Part shown: positions 57,905-64,000 of the stretch, piece by piece
How positions within the stretch are numbered: position 1 is the first letter of the stretch
Layout of the letters: each line of letters starts with the position of its first letter
Origin: an uncultured Verrucomicrobiae bacterium
GTDB taxonomy: Bacteria; Verrucomicrobiota; Verrucomicrobiia; Chthoniobacterales; JAFAMB01
Direction: 5' to 3'
DNA length: 64,000 bases
Assembly (NCBI GenBank): GCA_963837955.1
Contig: CAWIPH010000001.1
Location: forward strand, 1 to 64,000
Position numbers and translations under genes: made by a program
Notes under the pieces: generated by a model
Told to the model about the DNA's origin: nothing
Databases searched by the model: none
Seen by the model: only the letters and a program-made list of their open reading frames with translations

Positions 57905-59107
57905 ATGATCGTCGGCGTCGTTGGATCATTCTTATTGCTAATTGTCACCGTGATCGGCCAATGGAGCCGTTCGGCGAGGCGAACAGCGGTGCGATCCGAG
58001 CTCGCGCCAGGAGATTCAAGTGAGCTCAAGTCAGGAGCTCTGGTTGAACGGCCGTCCGGTCGCGCGCGAATGTTTCTTGTCGCTATCGGTGTCTTGTTCC
58101 TTTGGATCGTTGGAACGCACTTCTGGTTACCCCTCCCGCTCGCCTACCGGAGCACGGGCAGCGCGCAGGTCGCCGCTTTTTGCGTCAAACACCTTCGCGA
58201 AAGCCAGCCGATCCCTGGCGAATACATCCTGATCATCGAAGGAAGCAGCGCGACGACCCGCGGCATCGACGGCCTGAGGCTTGAAGAAAGGTTACGCGCC
58301 GCGGGGGTTCGAGCGACGGTACTTCAGCTTTGCCTGGCCGGGGCTAATCACCTGCAGCGAATGCAATTGTTGCAAAACTTTAGTAATGCCTTGTCGACCC
58401 AGGATTGGGAACGGCTCGGTAAATCTCGACTAATCTTTTGCCACGAGGTGCAGGCGCTTTATGATCGTGATCCGCTTCTGAATTACTATAGCAATGCTTT
58501 CACTGCTGAAACGTTGGCGTATTCCAATCCAGATAATCTGCCGACGCTATTAAAATGGCTAATGAGTCGGTACGATCTTCGCGAGCTGTGGAACCGGCGG
58601 TACGAACTCCAGCTGATCGCGGTTCAATTCCTCTATAACGCCCTACGAATTAGCTATCTTCAAAACTTGACTGGTTCTAACGACTTAATTGCTACAGCCG
58701 GATTCCAACCGGCTCCAAGGCGGGCTGATTTTAAACCGAACGGATCGCTTCCGATTGATTTTCCGCGAGAACCAAACATAACAGGTCGCCAAGCTTATAG
58801 TCGCATAACCCGATGGAATACCGTACGTGACGCGGATCTGCGTCAACTATTTCGGGGACTTGTGCGATCGGAGGTTTTCTTCTCGCTGCCAGGCTGGCTA
58901 TCTTACGAATTCAATTACGACCATTGGTGGTCTAGCGCGCATCCCAATCAACTGTTCTTCAACGGAAACAGACCACAAATTCGCGCCCGATTGCGAGAAC
59001 CGGAACTATGGAATGATCCCGGGCATTTAGCCGACTCCGGCGCCGAAATCTACACCGAAGAGTTCGCCCAATTTCTGAAGGAGCATTGGCTGGCTCAGCC
59101 TGGTTAG
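57905..59107 (+). CDS. SGNH-like partner of MBOAT acyltransferase (DltD/AlgJ-like)
   Basis: TM anchor, IEGSS, GAN, WNDPGH (DxxH); directly upstream of the MBOAT gene. Confidence 0.6.
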   Translation: MIVGVVGSFLLLIVTVIGQWSRSARRTAVRSELAPGDSSELKSGALVERPSGRARMFLVAIGVLFLWIVGTHFWLPLPLAYRSTGSAQVAAFCVKHLRESQPIPGEYILIIEGSSATTRGIDGLRLEERLRAAGVRATVLQLCLAGANHLQRMQLLQNFSNALSTQDWERLGKSRLIFCHEVQALYDRDPLLNYYSNAFTAETLAYSNPDNLPTLLKWLMSRYDLRELWNRRYELQLIAVQFLYNALRISYLQNLTGSNDLIATAGFQPAPRRADFKPNGSLPIDFPREPNITGRQAYSRITRWNTVRDADLRQLFRGLVRSEVFFSLPGWLSYEFNYDHWWSSAHPNQLFFNGNRPQIRARLREPELWNDPGHLADSGAEIYTEEFAQFLKEHWLAQPG

Positions 59108-59157
59108 GAGCACCGTGGCAGCGAACGAGCCACCGGGTCAGTCCGAATATCATTCAC

Positions 59158-60579
59158 ATGCTGTTTAACTCAGCTTCCTTCCTTCTTTTCCTCCCGATCG
59201 TTCTTGCCGCGTCTTGGCTTTGGCCCGGCAATTTTGGCAGAAAACTTCTCCTGTTGGCCGCGAGTTGCTTCTTCTATGCTGCCTGGGACTGGAGATTTCT
59301 CGGGTTGTTGAGCTTCGTGATCGTAACAACCTTCGCGGCTTCTCGGCTGATCGTACGTTGGAAGGAACAAGCACTACGGTCTTTGGTCATTCTCTGGATC
59401 TGTATCGGCCTGCAGCTGGTCGTCTTAGCCTTTTTCAAGTACTTCAATTTCTTTGAAGACAATCTGGTTGGGATGCTGTCGACCATCGGATTCACATCGG
59501 CGCTCCCCTATGTTCGGGTCTTATTGCCAGTCGGAATCAGCTTCTATACGTTCCACGCGATCACCTTGGCGGTGGATACCTATCGCGGGAAAGTCGACAC
59601 GCGCGTTTCGCTTTTAGATGTCGCCCTCTACATCGCGTTTTTCCCACAACTCGTCGCCGGACCGATCGTACGTGCGACGGTATTTCTTCCCCAACTCACA
59701 ACGAAGCGATTCCTGTCTGGAGAAGATTTGTTCGTTGCTACCCAGGCCATCGTGACCGGATTTCTCTACAAGGTCGTTTTTTCTGATTCGATTGCACCAT
59801 TCGTCGATAAGGTCTTTGAACGGCCGGCCGAGTATTCCGGCGCTCTCTTGCTGGCGGCTACCCTTGGATTTTATTGCCAAATCTATTTCGACTTCAATGG
59901 CTATTCCTTGATCGCGATCGGTGTCTCCCGGCTTTTCGGATACAAATTACCCGACAACTTCAATTTCCCTTACGCCGCCACCTCTTTGGGATCTTTTTGG
60001 CGTCGTTGGCATATTTCCTTATCGAGCTGGCTCCGCGATTATCTGTATATCCCGCTTGGTGGCAATCGCTTTGGTCTCCAGAATCAAATGCGAAACCTCA
60101 TTATCACTATGTTGCTCGGTGGGATCTGGCACGGAGCGAGCTGGAATTTTCTGATCTGGGGAGCTGCCCATGGAACTTTTCTGGCGATCGAGCGATTCTG
60201 GCAACTGCGTCGTGGATCAAATGGCCATGTCGAAGATCGGCCGATCTGGTCGCTGGCCTTAGGTTGGGTGGTAACCCAGGCCCTCGTCTTGCTCTGCTGG
60301 ATACCGTTTCGAGCTAAGACCCTGGTGGATTCATTGGCGGTAATCTCCGGCATTTTCACCTGGCGCACGACTGCGGCGGCGGTAACCCTTTCGATCCCTA
60401 TCTCGCTACTGATCTTGCCAATCGTTTGCGACACTGTCTTAGTCCGATTTTTACGGTCTCAACCACAAAAGCCTATACACAGGCCCGAACTCGGCTTCGG
60501 TCTTTTAATCCTCTGTGCGTTGGGCGTTGGCTTAATCGCTAAAACGGGACTCCGCAGCTTTATCTATTTTCAGTTCTAG
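59158..60579 (+). CDS. MBOAT O-acyltransferase (AlgI/DltB family)
   Basis: MLFNS, LPVGISFYTF, FFPQLVAGPI, QIYFDFNGYS, FWRRWHISLS, WHGASWNF, FIYFQF. Confidence 0.93.
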   Translation: MLFNSASFLLFLPIVLAASWLWPGNFGRKLLLLAASCFFYAAWDWRFLGLLSFVIVTTFAASRLIVRWKEQALRSLVILWICIGLQLVVLAFFKYFNFFEDNLVGMLSTIGFTSALPYVRVLLPVGISFYTFHAITLAVDTYRGKVDTRVSLLDVALYIAFFPQLVAGPIVRATVFLPQLTTKRFLSGEDLFVATQAIVTGFLYKVVFSDSIAPFVDKVFERPAEYSGALLLAATLGFYCQIYFDFNGYSLIAIGVSRLFGYKLPDNFNFPYAATSLGSFWRRWHISLSSWLRDYLYIPLGGNRFGLQNQMRNLIITMLLGGIWHGASWNFLIWGAAHGTFLAIERFWQLRRGSNGHVEDRPIWSLALGWVVTQALVLLCWIPFRAKTLVDSLAVISGIFTWRTTAAAVTLSIPISLLILPIVCDTVLVRFLRSQPQKPIHRPELGFGLLILCALGVGLIAKTGLRSFIYFQF

Positions 60580-60648
60580 CCCAGATTTTGCAGAAGCGTG
60601 CAGATCCCCCAGGTCAGTATGTGACCGGGTGAATTCCGAGCCGCTCAT

Positions 60649-60936
60649 AAGGCGCTAACTTGGGAGCGACCACTCGGAAAAACACCCGCACTGCGGGTTG
60701 GATCTGCTGTAGGGGCAATAGGATCCAATGTGGCAGCCGAGCATCCAACATCTGTTCTGGCGCCGCTTCCAGGGCGCGACGTTTGAAACACGTTCCCGGG
60801 GTTAAAACCAGGTTAAAACCCCGGGCCGGGAGGGATCGCGTCCTCGCGATCCGCGGCGCACGAGGACGTGCGCCCTCCCCACAAGGCGCTAAATCAGAGC
60901 GCCCACTCGGAAAAACACCCGCCCCGTGCGGGTTGG
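60649..60936. repeat. Composite repeat cluster: ~53-bp direct repeats flanking palindromic REP elements
   Basis: AAGGCGCTAA...CACTCGGAAAAACACCCGC...GCGGGTTGG at 60649-60701 and 60883-60936, enclosing CCCGGGGTTAAAACC palindromes and a GGAG-REP doublet. Confidence 0.7.
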
Positions 60937-61067
60937 TGGTGCTGAGAAGGCTCAAGGAGTGAACCGCATTTTGTGTTCGGGAAAGGTCATTGGCAGATCC
61001 CATAGTCGTGCGGTTGCCAGGCGGCGCCCCTCCCCTAGTTTGTTCGCGTTAGAATCGCGGTCGCAAT

Positions 61068-61955
61068 CTACCGCTTGTATTCGGCGGTCGCGGCGGTAAG
61101 TCCAGTTGCTAAGCATCGCGGACAGAGCTGATAATCGGGATTTTGTCGCTCTATTTCCTCCGCCAGGATGTACAGCGCGTGGCACGGATCGTGAAGACAA
61201 TTAAGGAATCGCGCCGACGGGTTACCTGTATGCGCGCACTTTCCGACCTGGACCAGCCCTTTCTCGACTTTCACAGTCATTCGCTGATCAAAGACGAAGC
61301 ATTCACCTAACCAGTGCTCATTCCCGTATTCCCGTTGGTAATTCATAATCCCACCGTGCAGTTGGAAGACTTGACTGAATCCTTTGGAGTGGAAGAGAGC
61401 GGAAGCTTTTTCGCACCGGATCCCGCCAGTGCAATACATTAGAAGCTTCTTCTCCTTTAGCGCTTCCAGCTCGTCTAAGCGTTGCGGCAGCTCACGGAAA
61501 TGTCGGATGCCGCAATCGATCGCGTTATCAAATTTACCTGCAGCAACCTCGTAATTATTTCGAACGTCAAGCAGAACGATATGAGGGTCTTGTTCGATCA
61601 TCTCTTTCCATTCTGCTGGACTCAGATGATTGTGCTGATCGGCACGAAGCGGTTGCTGAGCTTGCAGGGCTACCAATTCCGGGCGGACCCGCACGCTAAG
61701 TTTTGGAAACGTTTCAACGTTTCCCGTTGTCATTTTTATCTCGATATCAGCAAACCGTTTATCAGCGCGAAGCGCGTCGATATACTCCTCGATGGCAGAG
61801 ATCGGACCAGCCAGTGTTCCGTTGATACCCTCGGTCGCAACCAGGATGCGCCCTTTCAATCCAAGAGAGCCACAAAGCCCTCGCTGGGTATTTGCCAGTT
61901 CTGCCGGGTCGGCAATATCGATGTACTTGTAGTAGAGAATCACAGGGTAGCTCAT
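61068..61955 (-). CDS. trhO: Rhodanese-domain tRNA uridine hydroxylase (TrhO/YceA)
   Basis: ILYYKY, LKGRILVATEGINGT, DVRNNYE, MYCTGGIRCEKAS, LHGGIMNY, CFVFDQR. Confidence 0.88.
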   Translation of the reverse strand: MSYPVILYYKYIDIADPAELANTQRGLCGSLGLKGRILVATEGINGTLAGPISAIEEYIDALRADKRFADIEIKMTTGNVETFPKLSVRVRPELVALQAQQPLRADQHNHLSPAEWKEMIEQDPHIVLLDVRNNYEVAAGKFDNAIDCGIRHFRELPQRLDELEALKEKKLLMYCTGGIRCEKASALFHSKGFSQVFQLHGGIMNYQREYGNEHWLGECFVFDQRMTVKVEKGLVQVGKCAHTGNPSARFLNCLHDPCHALYILAEEIERQNPDYQLCPRCLATGLTAATAEYKR

Positions 61956-62629
61956 CGCTCAATCGAGTATACTTCCGGTTGTTCGATTAAAGTCATCAGC
62001 AACTCATGGTACGAGCGCCGCGGCAACAGGATCCGGAATACCCAGAGTTCGCGATCATCTTCCATTGGACTTCGTTCAATCACTTTTGGCGGGAGTTCGA
62101 ATTGTTCCAAGAGACTTTCCAATTTCACCGCCGTTTTGCCTTTGTTCCGATTCACAACCAGGCGAATCACCGATTCAGTCGCCCCGGCTAACTTGCTGCA
62201 CTCCCAGCGATTCACGATAGTTAGCACACCGCGTGCGAGCAAGGTTAGACCAACCCCGGCGCCGGCATGGCCTGCGCCTATGGCCATGCCTATCGCAGCG
62301 ACCAACCAGATAGTCGCCGCAGTCGTCACGCCGTGTACGCCGGTGCTCCCGCGGAGCAACACGCCGCCACCAAGAAAGCCGACGCCGGTGACAATTTGAG
62401 CGGCGACGCGGCCGGAGTCACCGGTAGAACTCGTAAATGCGTAACCGACCATGGTAAACGCGCTCGAGCCGAGCGCGATCAAGGCCATCGTCCGAATGCC
62501 AGCTGGCTTTTCTTTGCGCTGCCGTTCGATTCCAACCCAGGCCCCACAGAGCAACGCGAGAATGGTAAGCAGAACGGATCCCCATGGAAAAGGAAGTAAC
62601 GAATGCCAATTATCAGTGAGCCATTGCAT
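61952..62629 (-). CDS. mgtC: MgtC/SapB family protein
   Basis: GIERQ..KPAGIRT, RVAAQIVTGVGFLGGG, GVTTAATIW. Confidence 0.9.
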   Translation of the reverse strand: MQWLTDNWHSLLPFPWGSVLLTILALLCGAWVGIERQRKEKPAGIRTMALIALGSSAFTMVGYAFTSSTGDSGRVAAQIVTGVGFLGGGVLLRGSTGVHGVTTAATIWLVAAIGMAIGAGHAGAGVGLTLLARGVLTIVNRWECSKLAGATESVIRLVVNRNKGKTAVKLESLLEQFELPPKVIERSPMEDDRELWVFRILLPRRSYHELLMTLIEQPEVYSIER

Positions 62630-62796
62630 GAGGAAGAGTTAGTGCTTGCGGGTTAGAGGTTACAAGTTGCAAATGGCAAGTGACAGCGCAGTAGGCATGT
62701 ACGCCGAGAGCATTCGTCCGGGGAGCGTAGTGAAAGTGGCCCAGTCCCGCGGCCGCGCAATGCGCGTCGACTCAAGGCCTAAAAGTATCCGAAGAG

Positions 62797-62957
62797 GATT
62801 GGTCCCGGAGGGACTCAATGAAAGTAGCCCAGCACGAAGTGCTGGGAAATGGTGCAAAAAGAGGGGTCCGTCCCGCCAGGGACGATGGAAATGTTTTGGC
62901 TCCTGGTCCTCTCGTATGCAGCTTCACCAGCGTGAGCGGCCGTCGATCGTCCCTTCG
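62797..62957. repeat. REPIN-like repeat (same family as 37311), interrupted by IS copy 2
   Basis: GATTGGTCCCGGAGGGACTCAATGAAAGTAGCCCAGCACGAAGTGCTGGG...GTCCCGCCAGGGACGAT...ATCGTCCCTTCG. Confidence 0.8.
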
Positions 62958-64000
62958 GGGCTTGTCGGACTTTTCAATTGGGTAGCAGATCTGGTAAAAA
63001 GGTGGATGCCAGAGCGATATGTAGTCATTGATCGGCAGACGCCGATGTTGTTGCCGGTCGATTTGCGAGATTGGGTGGCAAAGGATGATTTGGCGCGCTT
63101 GATAGCGGAGGCGGTCGATCAATGCGATCTACGGCTAGCTTGTACCAATGAGCGGGGTAGCGGTAGTGCGCAGTATCCGCCTGGAATGATGTTGGGCTTA
63201 CTGATTTACGCTTATGCGCGAGGAGTATTTTCTTCCCGGCGCATCGAACAACTCAGTTACGAAAGCCTTTCGGTGCGTTACTTGTGTGGCAACACCCATC
63301 CGGATCACGATACCATCGCGAAGTTTCGGCGAGAGAACGGAGCGTTATTTCGAGAGTGTTTCCGTAGCGTGTTATTGTTGGCGCGGGAATTAGGATTGGT
63401 TCGAGTGGGCAAGCTAGCAGTGGATGGAACGCGACTGGAAGCCAACGCCAATCGCCATCGCTTCAGCACGCGGGAGCAATTAGAGCAAGAAAGGGCTCGA
63501 GTCGAAGAGCTCATTAGCGAGCTGATCCAACGAGGGGAAGCGGCTGATCAAGCTGAAGAGGGCGAAGCAGAGACTGAAGGCTTGCCAGCGGAGTTAGCCG
63601 ATGGGCAAAAGCGCCGTAAGGCCATCAAAGAAGCTCTAGAGCGCATCAAGCAACGAGAAGCCCAGCAGCAAGCCGAAAAAGAGCAATTAGCCCAGAGCGG
63701 TCGTCAGAGCCAGGCCAAGGAGGTACGGATGAATTTGACCGATCCAGACTGTGGGATCTTACACCGTAAAGGGGCAGGTACAGTCATTGGCTATAACGCC
63801 CAAATTGGAGTCGATATCCAAGGTGCAGGCCTGATTGTGACTAATGCCGTCAGTGCCAAAGGGGGCGACGCGGAGTTATTGAACCAAGTCCTTGAGCAGC
63901 TCGCTCCCGAGTTAGGAGCAGTAAAGGAAGTGGTCGTCGATTGTGGCTATGAGAGCGGACCCAAAGCCTATGAGCTGGAAAAGAGCCTTGGCACCAAAGT
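62958..64000 (+). mobile_element. IS1182-family insertion sequence, copy 2 (truncated by the window end; transposase from 63006)
   Basis: Matches 37450 onward where compared, including the left IR and the ATG at offset +48. Confidence 0.92.

Noticed and set aside
60649..60936. CRISPR array or attC cassette array
   Set aside because: Only two imperfect repeats with a ~180-bp palindromic interior; no cas or integrase gene.
62630..62800. Mg2+ (M-box) riboswitch or leader upstream of mgtC
   Set aside because: No recognisable conserved riboswitch sequence; the region contains degenerate REP-arm sequence instead.
37450..64000. Classical composite transposon with cargo
   Set aside because: Cargo includes housekeeping-like genes (trhO) and the outer right flank is outside the window. 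Kept only as the TSD-swap hypothesis.
1..64000. rRNA, tRNA, prophage or known anti-phage defence genes
   Set aside because: None recognised by eye; a covariance-model or DefenseFinder scan was not possible.

Overview
This 64 kb bacterial window is mostly accessory metabolism and cell-envelope genes. A soil Verrucomicrobiota-like origin is suggested by gene style, weak SD sites and heptamer/REP intergenic repeats, but this is inference only. In order, it holds: a sugar ABC transporter; a gene-scar region; an orphan GrrA/OscA-type Trp/Asn-rich RiPP precursor downstream of an Lnt-like acyltransferase and an S9 peptidase; a polyol/sugar kinase operon; a transglutaminase-like gene plus partner; a GH15 glucoamylase; a heme-protein operon (RoxA/MauG-like di-heme protein, catalase-fold protein lacking the distal His, DyP peroxidase) followed by S8 protease, alpha/beta hydrolase and lycopene-cyclase-like genes; a ketose 3-epimerase; a glycogen debranching enzyme and GT4; GT-C-like and MBOAT surface-modification genes; trhO and mgtC. 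The main highlights are: (1) a GH1 glycosidase with a circularly permuted amino-acid-binding (SBP family 3) domain inserted between its two catalytic glutamates; (2) two copies of an IS1182-family element, identical where I compared them, inserted at the same hairpin loop of a REPIN-like repeat, with apparently swapped 5-bp target duplications; (3) the orphan triceptide-like precursor. Several single-base frameshifts may be assembly errors. I recognised no rRNA, tRNA or CRISPR array. All family calls come from motif recognition by eye; no database search was run.
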